Below are positions 20,312 through 30,750 of a stretch of DNA of 50,803 bases, one piece after another. Numbering within the stretch: the first letter of the stretch is position 1; every line of letters begins with the position of its first letter. Both the position numbers and the translations under genes were made by a program. The stretch comes from Promethearchaeota archaeon (GTDB lineage Archaea > Asgardarchaeota > Lokiarchaeia > Sigyniarchaeales > SOKP01). The notes under the pieces are model-generated. The model was not told where the DNA came from. It worked only from the letters and a program-made list of their open reading frames with translations, and searched no databases. The stretch covers positions 1-50,803 of the forward strand of contig RDOE01000017.1 of NCBI GenBank assembly GCA_011364975.1, given 5' to 3'.

Positions 20312-20600
20312 ATTTATCCAAATTAAATAGTAATTAGATTAATAACTAGACGTTATTTGTACAATTTAACTAGTAAAATATTGTTATAAACTTAAATTTT
20401 AGAAAGTTTAGTGTTATAAAAAATTTAGTATAAGTATTATTAATTATGTAATTTAAGTACTCATGGAAACAGCTTAGTTAACAAATAATTGCTCATAAAC
20501 TATTATATAAAAACTATAGGTTGGTTTTGAAAAGGACAAATGAAAAAAATAAACCCAAGAAAGTTATACAATTACTTAAACCTAAGTGAATATTTAAGTT

Positions 20601-20641
20601 TTAAAGCGCTTTAATAAAAATCTAGCAATTTTAAATTGCTA
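20601..20641. promoter_or_regulatory. Two adjacent palindromes upstream of the MFS gene (candidate operators)
   Basis: TTAAAGCGCTTTAA (20601-20614); TAGCAATTT-T-AAATTGCTA (20623-20641). Confidence 0.35.
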
Positions 20642-20694
20642 TTTCTCATTTTGTTGATTTATTGAAAAAGGTTAAAATTCGGTTATGAAATATA

Positions 20695-21888
20695 TTGAAA
20701 ACCCATGCTAATAAATCTACAGTGATCCACCAATTTGTTATTTTAATGACTATTTTTATTGATGCCACTGGATACGCTATGATTAGACCTCTATTCTCGT
20801 TTTATGTTTTATCATTTAACTTAGGGGCGGTTGCTTTAAGCCTTTTGATGATTATGTTTGCTCTAATGCAGTTCATTTTTTCACCGATTTTAGGTAGATT
20901 ATCGGATAAATATGGCAGACGTTCACTTCTTCTAATATCCATTTCAATATCGAGCGTGAGTTTTTTATTATTTACGTTAGCGTCTTCATATTGGATGCTT
21001 CTATTATCCCGGATGATATCAGGGATGGCTACTGAAATACCTATTGCCCAAGCATATATGGCAGATATAACAACCAGTAAAAATAGAACTTCAGGTTTGG
21101 GTAAAGTTAGAGCTGCTTTCTCAGCGGGAGTAATTATAGGACCTTCAATGGGTGGACTTTTAAGTGTTTTTGGTTATTGGAGCACTGGGTTATTAGCAAT
21201 TCTATTAACATTAATTAATCTTATTTCTGTATATTTTTTCCTTCCTGAACCTAAATTGGAAAAAAAAGAAATTAGTGTGCAAATATCTCAAAAGAATACT
21301 TTTACTAAGAATTTGAAAAATGCATTTACAAAACCGTTATTACCCTCCTTACTTCTAATACTTTTTGTTATGATTATGGCTTTCTCCGCAATTCCCGTTC
21401 TCATACCTTTAATTGGCATAGAATTTTTCAATTTTAACGAAATTGAACTGGCATTTGTGTTCATGATAATTGGCGGTTTCCAATTTGTAACTCAAGGTTT
21501 TCTTATGGGAAAACTATCGCAGAAATTCGGTGAAGGTATTCTTATCATTGTAGGTATAATTTTTGTCATAATCGGTATTTTCTGGATGCCAATTTTCCCA
21601 ATTTTAATAATTTTTTATATCTTAGTGGCTTTACTTTCAACAGGGGGAGGCCTTGTAAGAACTTCAATTCCTAGTTTGATTTCTAAAATAAGTGGTGAAG
21701 ATGAACAGGGTGGATTTTTAGGGCTTGCACAATCAGTCGTCAGTTTTGCTTTTATTCCAGGACCGTTACTTGCTGGTTTCTTTTATGATTATATAGATAT
21801 AGCAGCTCCATTTTTCTTTAGTTCATTATTGCTTTTGGGTTCACTAATCTTAAGTATAAAAGTATATTTTCAAATAAAAAAGCTATAA
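20695..21888 (+). CDS. MFS transporter, TetA/DHA1-like
   Basis: About 12 TM helices; GRLSDKYGRR motif A; AQAYMADIT; GPSMGG motif C. Confidence 0.9.
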   Translation: MKTHANKSTVIHQFVILMTIFIDATGYAMIRPLFSFYVLSFNLGAVALSLLMIMFALMQFIFSPILGRLSDKYGRRSLLLISISISSVSFLLFTLASSYWMLLLSRMISGMATEIPIAQAYMADITTSKNRTSGLGKVRAAFSAGVIIGPSMGGLLSVFGYWSTGLLAILLTLINLISVYFFLPEPKLEKKEISVQISQKNTFTKNLKNAFTKPLLPSLLLILFVMIMAFSAIPVLIPLIGIEFFNFNEIELAFVFMIIGGFQFVTQGFLMGKLSQKFGEGILIIVGIIFVIIGIFWMPIFPILIIFYILVALLSTGGGLVRTSIPSLISKISGEDEQGGFLGLAQSVVSFAFIPGPLLAGFFYDYIDIAAPFFFSSLLLLGSLILSIKVYFQIKKL

Positions 21889-21938
21889 TATTTTATGATA
21901 TGTTAAGAACCATTTTTGAAATAAATTTTTTTTATAAG

Positions 21939-22937
21939 TTATTCTTTAGATTCAAGTTGTTTCTTAAGTTCTGATTTTTCGCGTTCTAATTTTTCAATCT
22001 GTTTATCTTTTCTCTTTATTTTTAAATCTTGGACTGTAATTCCACGCAGACTCAGTAATCTTTTCAGAAATATAAATGATGCTAAGGTTATTCCTAATAA
22101 GTAGAAAATATTTATTGTCCAGAAATACTGAGAAATTGCTACATAGAATGGTAAATTGAAAAATGGTGCTAATAAAGCAATTATCCCAATTATAGAGATC
22201 CCGATCAATAATGCAAATCGTTCATAATTTTTCCTTTCTATTCTAAAAAGTACGTATAATCTTAGCCAGTACATTACACAAATGAACGCAATAGGAGTAA
22301 AAATGAGCGAACCAATAGCAAGAATAACTAGAAAATTAACCGCAAATTTATTTCTCCATGTACCTAATAAGTCTCGAATAGTCAAATGATCTTGCTTTTC
22401 TAATTTTGCATATTCCCCTTTTAGACTATAATACTTCTTTTTTACTTTACGTGCTGCTTTTTTAGCTCCTTTTTTGAATCCTATGAATTTGCTCAATTCT
22501 ACACTTTTATAAAACGTGTCTTTGAATAAAGGCAATATATATAGATTGACTAATAGCGATAGAAGACCATAAATGTATATCAGAATCTCAACTACTAACC
22601 AAAAGCCTTCTTGGGAAAATAGAGTACTCTTGAAAAAACTTGAGAAAATTTGGTAAATTGCATATCCTATAAAGACAAATGGTATAATTATTTCTATTAT
22701 TACAACGATGTTTGTAGCTTTTTTATCCATCTTTTCACTTGCTTTGTCTAATAATACTAAAAATCCGTTTGCGATACTTAAGATCAACCCAAAACCTGCT
22801 AAAAATTTGATGGCATAAAAAAATATCAAGGACGTTATGTTAAGTGTTAGGACTCCAAAAATCATAATTAATAACATAATAACTAAGGAAATTGCCATGC
22901 CGATATAATATATAAATTTTAAATTAGTTTCTTTCAT
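21939..22937 (-). CDS. Hypothetical multi-pass membrane protein
   Basis: About seven TM segments, basic loop, C-terminal coiled coil; start set at ATG 22937. Confidence 0.7.
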   Translation of the reverse strand: MKETNLKFIYYIGMAISLVIMLLIMIFGVLTLNITSLIFFYAIKFLAGFGLILSIANGFLVLLDKASEKMDKKATNIVVIIEIIIPFVFIGYAIYQIFSSFFKSTLFSQEGFWLVVEILIYIYGLLSLLVNLYILPLFKDTFYKSVELSKFIGFKKGAKKAARKVKKKYYSLKGEYAKLEKQDHLTIRDLLGTWRNKFAVNFLVILAIGSLIFTPIAFICVMYWLRLYVLFRIERKNYERFALLIGISIIGIIALLAPFFNLPFYVAISQYFWTINIFYLLGITLASFIFLKRLLSLRGITVQDLKIKRKDKQIEKLEREKSELKKQLESKE

Positions 22938-23154
22938 GGTAAGCAATAATAAGAGTTTATTTTTAATAATCTTTAGTAACATTTTTCTATTAATATAGTC
23001 CCAAACTTGATTTTATAACATGGCAGTAGAGAATTTACAACCATATGGCGCTATCATCTGATTATAAACCATATGTTTAAATAATATTTGAAAAATGATA
23101 GATTAATACTATTTTTTTAAAGATTATGAAATACAAAATAAGGAATTCATAATT

Positions 23155-24816
23155 ATGGTTAATGATGTTTTTACATTTCTTGTAGGAGGAAAAGCTGGAG
23201 AAGGAGTTAAAAAAGCAGGTTCGGTCGCAGCACATATATTTTCTAGTTTAGGTCGTCATATTTTTCAAATGGATGATTATATGAGCTTGATTAGAGGGGG
23301 CCATAACTTTTCAATAGTAAGTACTTCAAAAAGATGGATAAGTAGCCAATATATGAACGCTGATTTGGTCGTAAATTTTGATAAAAGAAGTTGCGATTCT
23401 CATGCTAATGACTTGGCAGAAAATGCGATTATGGTATATAATTCTGATGAGCTAGAATCTAAAGAAGGAATTGGTATTCCACTAAGTTCAGAAGCTAAAG
23501 AATATCCTATGAAAGAGTTAATGTATGGAGTCGGAGCAGTAGCAATCTTATCTTCAGTAATTGGCTTTAAAAAAGAAGAAATGAATCAAATTATTAAAAA
23601 TGAATATCCAAGAGGAATAGAGAATAATATTGAATTTGCCGATAAAATATATAATCTGGTTAGGGATAAATGTTGGAATAAATTTCCGTTAGAGAAAGGA
23701 GATAAGGAACGAAAAATAATAACTGGGAATGAGTCAATAAGTATGGGCGCTATTACTGCTGGCTTAAATGTATATTATGGTTACCCAATGACACCAGCAT
23801 CCTCCATCCTACATTTTCTTGCTTCACAAGCAGAGAACTTCGGATTGGCCGTTGTTCATGCTGAAAGTGAATTAGCAGTGATTAATTTAGCAATAGGTGC
23901 TTCTTTTACAGGTGCCAAAACGATGGTTGGTACAAGTGGCGGTGGCTTCGCATTGATGACCGAGGGACTTTCATTAGCTGGGATGATTGAAGCTCCTGTC
24001 CTTATAATACTTTCCCAAAGACCCGGACCTGCAACAGGACTCCCTACTTACACTGAACAAGGAGAACTTTTATTTACTTTAACAGCAGGGCATGGTGACT
24101 TTTTAAGAATTGTAGCTTCACCGGGGACAATTGAAGAAGCATTTTACTTATCTGCTGAAATGTTAGATTTGGTTTGGAAATTTCAGACTCCTGGTATACT
24201 CCTTACCGAAAAACATTTGTCAGAATGCAGTATGACTGTTGAGATAGATCCTAACCAGGCTAAATGGGCGCAACCAAGAATGCATACTAAAGGATCCTAT
24301 AGAAGATACCTCGATACCAAAGATGGTATCTCTCCCATGTTATTCCCTCCTTCAAAGGAGATCATTAAATGGAACAGTCATGAGCACGATTTTGATGGAA
24401 TTACTACTGAAAATGCTGATATAACCATTAAAATGCATGATAAGCGTAACAAAAAGTTTAATTCGCTTGTATCTTATTTAAAAAAACAAAAGACTGTCAA
24501 TATCAGGCGGGGGGAGTATTCAACTAACATTTTTACGTATGGTTCATCATACATGAGCGTATTAGAAGCACTTAGCCATAATAATTTAAAACCTACTGTG
24601 ATTCAACCAATTTATTTGAATCCATTACCCATTTGGGAATTAGAGGAATTTAAGGATCAAGACAATATTGTTGTTGAGCAAAGTGTTTCGGGACAGTTTA
24701 CATCACTTTTAAAAGAAAAAGCAAAATTAAGAGTAAAAGCTTCGATTAAACAATATGATGGACGCCCATTCGATCCTATTCGATTATCACACAAGATTAA
24801 GGAGGTGCTTAAGTAA
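23155..24816 (+). CDS. korA: 2-oxoacid:ferredoxin oxidoreductase alpha subunit (gamma-alpha fusion)
   Basis: GGKAGEG, SLIRGGHN, YPMTPAS, TSGGGFALM, QRPGPATGLPT. Confidence 0.9.
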   Translation: MVNDVFTFLVGGKAGEGVKKAGSVAAHIFSSLGRHIFQMDDYMSLIRGGHNFSIVSTSKRWISSQYMNADLVVNFDKRSCDSHANDLAENAIMVYNSDELESKEGIGIPLSSEAKEYPMKELMYGVGAVAILSSVIGFKKEEMNQIIKNEYPRGIENNIEFADKIYNLVRDKCWNKFPLEKGDKERKIITGNESISMGAITAGLNVYYGYPMTPASSILHFLASQAENFGLAVVHAESELAVINLAIGASFTGAKTMVGTSGGGFALMTEGLSLAGMIEAPVLIILSQRPGPATGLPTYTEQGELLFTLTAGHGDFLRIVASPGTIEEAFYLSAEMLDLVWKFQTPGILLTEKHLSECSMTVEIDPNQAKWAQPRMHTKGSYRRYLDTKDGISPMLFPPSKEIIKWNSHEHDFDGITTENADITIKMHDKRNKKFNSLVSYLKKQKTVNIRRGEYSTNIFTYGSSYMSVLEALSHNNLKPTVIQPIYLNPLPIWELEEFKDQDNIVVEQSVSGQFTSLLKEKAKLRVKASIKQYDGRPFDPIRLSHKIKEVLK

Positions 24817-24817
24817 G

Positions 24818-25654
24818 TTGGATGAACTTAGAACAAGTGCAGAGGTAACATGGTGTCCAGGATGTGGAAATTTTGCAATTAGAACCGCAGTACAGAATGC
24901 AATTCTTGAACTCGAAAAAGATGGATTGAAAAGGGAAGAAATTGTAATTACAACAGGTATTGGATGCCATGCAAAAATATTCGATTATTTAAATTTGAGC
25001 GGAATTTATGGCTTACATGGGAGAAATAGCTCAAATGCAGAAGGAATCAAAATAGCTAACCCTAATCTAAAAGTAATAACATTCTCAGGGGATGGAAATG
25101 GCTTAGCTGAGGGCTTAGAACACACGTTGTTCGCAGCAAAAAGAAATCAAGATATAACCATGATCCTTCATAACAACAGCGTATATGCTCTCACAACGGG
25201 TCAGTATTCTCCTCTAACCGATCCAGGATGGAAAGGACCATCAACGCCAAAAGGTACATTTGAAATACCATTCAATGCTATGTCGTTATTAATTGAAGCA
25301 GGTGCAACATTCGTAGCAAGGAGCTATTCTGGTGATATAAAACATTTAACTGAAACATTAATTAAGGCAATTAAGCATAAAGGGTTTTCATTCATTGAAG
25401 TATTACAACCTGCTGTTCCATATCACAAATGGGAGGAATATAAAGATAACATTCAAAATCTTGATAAACAACCGGATTCTCACGAAGAAGCAATGATTAC
25501 TGCCAAAAAAGCCTCCAAATTTACAACGGGAATATTTTATCAAACAGAAAGAGGCTTATTTCATAAAGGTTTATACGGAGATTTTAATCCAATAAAAAAC
25601 AGCTTATCGCGTGAAAAAAGAATAGAAAAAATCAAGGAATTATTAAAACCCTAA
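24818..25654 (+). CDS. korB: 2-oxoacid:ferredoxin oxidoreductase beta subunit
   Basis: WCPGCG, GIGC, LHGR, GDG...NN TPP motif; start set at TTG 24818 after GGAGGTG. Confidence 0.9.
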   Translation: MDELRTSAEVTWCPGCGNFAIRTAVQNAILELEKDGLKREEIVITTGIGCHAKIFDYLNLSGIYGLHGRNSSNAEGIKIANPNLKVITFSGDGNGLAEGLEHTLFAAKRNQDITMILHNNSVYALTTGQYSPLTDPGWKGPSTPKGTFEIPFNAMSLLIEAGATFVARSYSGDIKHLTETLIKAIKHKGFSFIEVLQPAVPYHKWEEYKDNIQNLDKQPDSHEEAMITAKKASKFTTGIFYQTERGLFHKGLYGDFNPIKNSLSREKRIEKIKELLKP

Positions 25655-25750
25655 TAAAAAAAGTGACTTTATTTTATATCAAATTATTATGGTAAAAAAC
25701 ATCTTATTAGACTATTTTCCTAATCTAAAATAAGAGGTAATATAATAAAT

Positions 25751-27109
25751 TTAGTTTAAATTAATTCTACCGATTGCTCTGAATGGTAAAGCCTTATTAT
25801 ACTCTTCAAAATCATAAATTCGGCGCCCATCAACAAGATTAGGAGTTTTCATAGATTTTTTAAAGTCACTTGGAGTTAATTTCTTAAATTCCTCCCATTC
25901 AGTAATCAATAGTGCACATTCAGAATCTTTTAAGGCTTCTTCAATTGTTTCAGCATATTTAACTTTATTGCCTAATTCCAACTTAGCAGTTTTATTAGCT
26001 TTTGGGTCATAACCATGAATATTGGTAATTCCCCGTTTTATCAATTCTTTCACAACTCTAATACTAGCTGCTTCTCTCATATCATCTGTACCCGGTTTGA
26101 AGGCGAGACCCAGTAACGTAACCTTTTTACCCTTTAAATTACCAGCAAGTTCTTCTGCCATATCAACTATTTTAATCGCTTGGTCGTCATTAATACCTAA
26201 TACGGCTTTTAACAGTCTTGAATCATAACCATTAGATTTAGCCCAAGCCATTATCGCATTTACATCTTTATGAAAACAAGAACCTCCAAAACCAGCTCCT
26301 GCACCGAGAAATCGTGGATTAATTCGATAATCCAAACCAACACCCTTCATCACCTGAATTATATCTACATTTGGTACTAATTGCGCAAAGTTCGCAAATT
26401 CGTTCGCATAACTAATTTTAGTAGAAAGAAGACAATTGTTCCCATATTTTACTAATTCAGCACTTTCAAGATTCATTCTAAGAATTGGACACTGTTCCAA
26501 ATGTTTTCCATAAAAGTATTCATAAAATTCCTGAAGCATAGCGCCACTCTTCTCATCGAATTCTCCAATAACAATTCTATCTGGATGCAAAGTATCTGAA
26601 ACAGACGATCCTTCAGCTAAAAACTCAGGTTGCATACATAAGCCAAAATCTTTTCCAGCCACTTTTCCTGAGACTTGTTTAATAATTTTTCCAACCAGAT
26701 TTCTTGTTGTTCCAGGAACCACTGTGGATCGAACAACTACCAAATGATACCTATCTTTCTTCTTTAGAGCTTCTCCTATCTCTCTCGCAGTACTTTCAAT
26801 GTAACTCAAATCAATGCTTTTGTCTTCTCGCATAGGAGTTCCTTGAGTAATCATGGTTATATCTGTTTCTACTACTGCTTGAATGGGATCTAAAATGCAT
26901 TGTAAGAGTTCAGGGTTATTATTTTTAATACGAGTCATCATCTCTTTCAAACCCGCTTCGAAAAATGGAGGATTTCCCTCATTTATTAATTTTGCCTTCC
27001 TTTCGTTATGAGTTGAAGCAATAACCTTAATATCTTTATCTGCAAAACATGCTGCGCTACATAAACCTATAAATCCTGTACCTAAAATTGAAACACTATG
27101 TTTATACAT
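25751..27109 (-). CDS. ugd: UDP-glucose/GDP-mannose dehydrogenase family protein
   Basis: GTGFIG, STVVPGTT, PEFLAEG, GFGGSCF, GLAFKPGTDDMRE. Confidence 0.92.
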   Translation of the reverse strand: MYKHSVSILGTGFIGLCSAACFADKDIKVIASTHNERKAKLINEGNPPFFEAGLKEMMTRIKNNNPELLQCILDPIQAVVETDITMITQGTPMREDKSIDLSYIESTAREIGEALKKKDRYHLVVVRSTVVPGTTRNLVGKIIKQVSGKVAGKDFGLCMQPEFLAEGSSVSDTLHPDRIVIGEFDEKSGAMLQEFYEYFYGKHLEQCPILRMNLESAELVKYGNNCLLSTKISYANEFANFAQLVPNVDIIQVMKGVGLDYRINPRFLGAGAGFGGSCFHKDVNAIMAWAKSNGYDSRLLKAVLGINDDQAIKIVDMAEELAGNLKGKKVTLLGLAFKPGTDDMREAASIRVVKELIKRGITNIHGYDPKANKTAKLELGNKVKYAETIEEALKDSECALLITEWEEFKKLTPSDFKKSMKTPNLVDGRRIYDFEEYNKALPFRAIGRINLN

Positions 27110-27225
27110 TCTTTACACGTATAGTTCTTAATTTTTAAATCTAATGAGTAATCTATTATGTTATAAGTTTTTGGATGGATTAAAATAAATTTATAATATA
27201 ATGAAACTTGTATTAAATTTATGGT

Positions 27226-27288
27226 CTTTCCCAATGTAATTTGGAATTATGGGAAAGGTATGGGTAGAATAATAATTAATTATCCATA
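27226..27288 (+). promoter_or_regulatory. Tandem hairpins upstream of the 27319 operon
   Basis: CTTTCCCA/TGGGAAAG (27226-27257, inner TAATT/AATTA) followed by TATGGGTA/TATCCATA (27259-27288). Confidence 0.4.
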
Positions 27289-27318
27289 ACAAATTATAAA
27301 TTAAGGTAATATGTTAAA

Positions 27319-28602
27319 ATGAAAGATTTAAGAAAGAAATTGGAAATTCCTAAGGAAGCCTTGAAAATAGTCAATGATTTTTTACTTGATGAGAATAATC
27401 CATTAATTAATGATCTTTTGAATGTGGTAGATAAATATGGTGGTGTTGATGAGATTAATAAGAAAGCACAAGAGGCAGGTAAAATAGAGAATTTAATCGA
27501 AAAGGTTAAGAGTAAAAATCCAGATTATGTTAAGGATCTTGAATGGTTAATTGAAGCTCGTGATAGTCTTTCCTTTATAAATATAACTGATTTTAGGAAG
27601 AAAATCCTAGGCGATAAAGCATCTGGAATGAAATTTGACGAGGATTTTGCAGTTACTTTAGAACTTAGTGCTTGTCAATACTTCCCATTTTTAATTGATA
27701 TTGCCAAAGATGCTCTAGAAAATCACAAATTAGTTCCAGGACGAATTATCAGAGTAAGAAATATGAAAGAACAGGAAAGTGATGGAGATTTACCAGCCAT
27801 GGCTGCTGCTATGCAAATAATAGGGTCTTCTTGGGTTGAAACATTAGATACTAAGGGTACTGCTCCAGGACCCGATGGTTTACCTGTAAATGTGCATTTA
27901 GGAGGTCCAGATACAATTACAGGATATTTTGGGGGTGTAGGTCAACCAAATGATTTTGCATTAAAGTGGATTGATGAATTTTTATATTATTACACTAATT
28001 ATGGAATTAAACAAGTGCTTAATGTAAATCCTGGTACTGTATTATTAGGATACTTTATTTACAAGTTAGGGATTAATAATGAATTTAAAATTTCAGTATA
28101 CATGGGAAATGATAATCCTTATTCTTGCTTATGGACTTTATTAACTGCTAAATTATTTGCTCGTGAAGATGGTACTAGTCCTTTAATTGGATTTAATTTA
28201 TCAAATGCTGTTAATAATAAGACTATTAATATGGCCGCTTATATTAGAAAACCATTTGGATTTGAGGATGTTGTACGATTAGAACATCATATCACTGAAA
28301 CATGGAAAAGTATCGTACGACAGCCATATGATCGAAGAGATGAGTTGTTAGAATTGGCATCAAATGTCAAGAACATAAGTGCTAAACATGAGGGGGGAAA
28401 GGTTGATGTTGAAGAAAAAAGAGAGCATCCTACCGACATACTTGAATATTTTATGCCGAAGGAAGAGTTAAAAAAAGCAGGATTATGGGATTATCTACGT
28501 ATTAATCATCTAGATCGAAATGATGCAGTTAATTCTACAGCTGAAGCACTCACTAAAAAAGGATTAACCTTTATCGCTGCTAAAAATTTACATCATTACT
28601 AA
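27319..28602 (+). CDS. Uncharacterised enzyme-like protein (427 aa)
   Basis: Long ORF with motif-like blocks ETLDTKG, NVHLGGPDTITGYFGG, FKISVYMGNDN, RLEHH, KHEGG; 23 bp from the next gene. Confidence 0.8.
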   Translation: MKDLRKKLEIPKEALKIVNDFLLDENNPLINDLLNVVDKYGGVDEINKKAQEAGKIENLIEKVKSKNPDYVKDLEWLIEARDSLSFINITDFRKKILGDKASGMKFDEDFAVTLELSACQYFPFLIDIAKDALENHKLVPGRIIRVRNMKEQESDGDLPAMAAAMQIIGSSWVETLDTKGTAPGPDGLPVNVHLGGPDTITGYFGGVGQPNDFALKWIDEFLYYYTNYGIKQVLNVNPGTVLLGYFIYKLGINNEFKISVYMGNDNPYSCLWTLLTAKLFAREDGTSPLIGFNLSNAVNNKTINMAAYIRKPFGFEDVVRLEHHITETWKSIVRQPYDRRDELLELASNVKNISAKHEGGKVDVEEKREHPTDILEYFMPKEELKKAGLWDYLRINHLDRNDAVNSTAEALTKKGLTFIAAKNLHHY

Positions 28603-28625
28603 TGAAATAACGAGGGATAAATAAA

Positions 28626-30113
28626 ATGAGTAAATTTGATTTTAGACCAAGCGGAGTAATGCCAGCAATGGTTACCCCGTTTAATAAAGATGAGTCGATT
28701 AATGAAGAACAATTGAGAAATTTAGTCAATCATTTTATTGAACAAGGAGTAACAGGATTAGTCCCTTGTGGAACAACGGGAGAGTTCGTTAATATGACTT
28801 TTGAGGAACGGTTAAAAGTTATTGAAATCGTAGTTGATGAAACTAATGGTAGAGTACCAGTAATAGCTGGTACGGGAGAAACAGGAACAAAATTAGTTAT
28901 TGATGCTAGTAAAGCCGCAACTGATTTAGGGGCAGATGCTGTTATCATTGTCACGCCTTATTATTTAAAGCCTAAAGCTAAAGGTTTATATGATCATTAT
29001 TTCACCATAGCTGAGCAAACAGATATCCCAATTGTCCTATATAATATTCCTGTGTGCACTGGAGTGGAATTACCATGGACCGTAGTAGAGGATTTAGTTG
29101 ATATCGAAAATATAGTTGCAATTAAAGATTCTAGCGGTGATTATAAATATCACTCCGCATTATTAGAAAAGGTTAGCGATAAAATTTCAGTTCTAATAGG
29201 ATGGGATGAATTAGTATTAGGTTCACTAGCCGGGGGTTCAGCAGGTTGTATTTTAGGCTCTGCAAATGTTATTCCCCACATTTGGTTAGAAATATATAAC
29301 CATGTTAAGAATAATCGGTTAAAAGAAGCTCAAGCACTTCAAAAAAGCGTTCAAAAACTTGCAAGGATGCTCATTAATTCTGGTGCTTTAGGCGCAAAGG
29401 AATGTTTAAATATGATGGGCATTCCTGTAGGAATTACAAGACAACCAATAATTCTTGGAGATGCGCTTTCATATGAATTAAGAGATGAATTTCGAGTAGA
29501 ATTGGAGAAACTTGGGCTTATAAAAAAGAAGGAGATAAAATTTGAAATTGCGGAAAAGGAACTTACCAGTCGATTTTATGCTGTTGGAGTTACCCCTGAA
29601 AAAATTTCTGACTTTGATTTAAAAGTTGGAGAATCTCTTGTTGGGGAACGAGTTGAATTAGCTCATATTGATCTTTTAATCGGAGATAAAAAAGGTCCTG
29701 TTGGAGAAGCATATGCTCGGGCTTTAACACACCCCGCAAAAGGAAGGGAAGGTTTGCAAGTTATTCTTGAGCCAAATATGCAAGTGAAACCAGCAACAAT
29801 TATGATTCCTACTGTAAAGGTAAATTCGTTACGACATGCGAGTTTAACTTATGGTCCTGCTCAAGCGGCAGTTGCTAAAGCAGTAATGCAATGTGTTGAA
29901 GATGGAATCATTCCAAAAGAGGCAGTTGAGGATTTAGTGATTATTGTAAATGTTTTTGTACATCCTAGTGCCTCAGCAAGAAAAAGGGTATTTATAAACA
30001 ACTTTAAAGCTACAAGAAATGCGATTCGTAAAGCAATAGAAGGATTACCCTCTGTAAATGACGCAATTGAAAATCTAGAAAACGCCCGTCATCCATTAAG
30101 AAATGATCCTTAA
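28626..30113 (+). CDS. DapA-family aldolase fused to C-terminal formaldehyde-activating enzyme (Fae) domain
   Basis: GTTGE, VTPYY, LYNIP, IKDSSG; then VGESLVG..AHIDLLIG..VKPATIMIP..GPAQAAVAKAV. Confidence 0.9.
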   Translation: MSKFDFRPSGVMPAMVTPFNKDESINEEQLRNLVNHFIEQGVTGLVPCGTTGEFVNMTFEERLKVIEIVVDETNGRVPVIAGTGETGTKLVIDASKAATDLGADAVIIVTPYYLKPKAKGLYDHYFTIAEQTDIPIVLYNIPVCTGVELPWTVVEDLVDIENIVAIKDSSGDYKYHSALLEKVSDKISVLIGWDELVLGSLAGGSAGCILGSANVIPHIWLEIYNHVKNNRLKEAQALQKSVQKLARMLINSGALGAKECLNMMGIPVGITRQPIILGDALSYELRDEFRVELEKLGLIKKKEIKFEIAEKELTSRFYAVGVTPEKISDFDLKVGESLVGERVELAHIDLLIGDKKGPVGEAYARALTHPAKGREGLQVILEPNMQVKPATIMIPTVKVNSLRHASLTYGPAQAAVAKAVMQCVEDGIIPKEAVEDLVIIVNVFVHPSASARKRVFINNFKATRNAIRKAIEGLPSVNDAIENLENARHPLRNDP

Positions 30114-30159
30114 AAATTTAAACAGATTTCTTTTCCTTTGCATATTTTTATGAAAATTG

Positions 30160-30750
30160 TCATCCAATCTTTTTTATAATTAAATGAAATCCAAAATAGA
30201 TTAGCAACCCTCCAATTAATAACCAAAAAAACGATAATACTAAGGAATATTCTACAATCAATTGAAATAAAATGATGTATGATATTATATTGACAATTCC
30301 AATAACCATTGAGACCAGTCCCAATACTTTATTATATCTTTTTCTTGTGTTGATGTTTTTAAGATAACCTTCTGAAAGCATTAAAAATACGCCATATACT
30401 ATTATGAATAAGCCCACAAGGGCTAACGGAAATAAAATAAGAAGTCTTATATGATGAATATCAACAAGCCGGGTATCTATTAATGCAATAATGGTTGCTA
30501 AAATTGGTATTAATCCATCTATTAAAAGAATTAATCCTTTGGCTTTCATTCCTAATCTTTTTTCGAATATGGAGTATAAACCATAAAATATTGTGAAGAA
30601 ACTAAAAGCTAACAAAGGAATTGATAATATTATATAAACTGCTTTATCAGTAGTTAAATCAAAAAACATACTCCATATTGTAATACCCGAAATTACCAAA
30701 AAAATAAAACCTAAAACAACCAGAAATGGACCCAAGCTCTTTTTATCCAT
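30160..30750 (-). CDS. Hypothetical membrane protein
   Basis: About six hydrophobic helices; GGAGGT upstream. Confidence 0.7.
   Translation of the reverse strand: MDKKSLGPFLVVLGFIFLVISGITIWSMFFDLTTDKAVYIILSIPLLAFSFFTIFYGLYSIFEKRLGMKAKGLILLIDGLIPILATIIALIDTRLVDIHHIRLLILFPLALVGLFIIVYGVFLMLSEGYLKNINTRKRYNKVLGLVSMVIGIVNIISYIILFQLIVEYSLVLSFFWLLIGGLLIYFGFHLIIKKIG

Noticed and set aside
23039-23075. AACCATATG repeated twice upstream of korA
   Set aside because: Too short to distinguish from chance without comparative data
24755-24817. Long korA/korB overlap
   Set aside because: A TTG at 24818 behind GGAGGTG is the more plausible start
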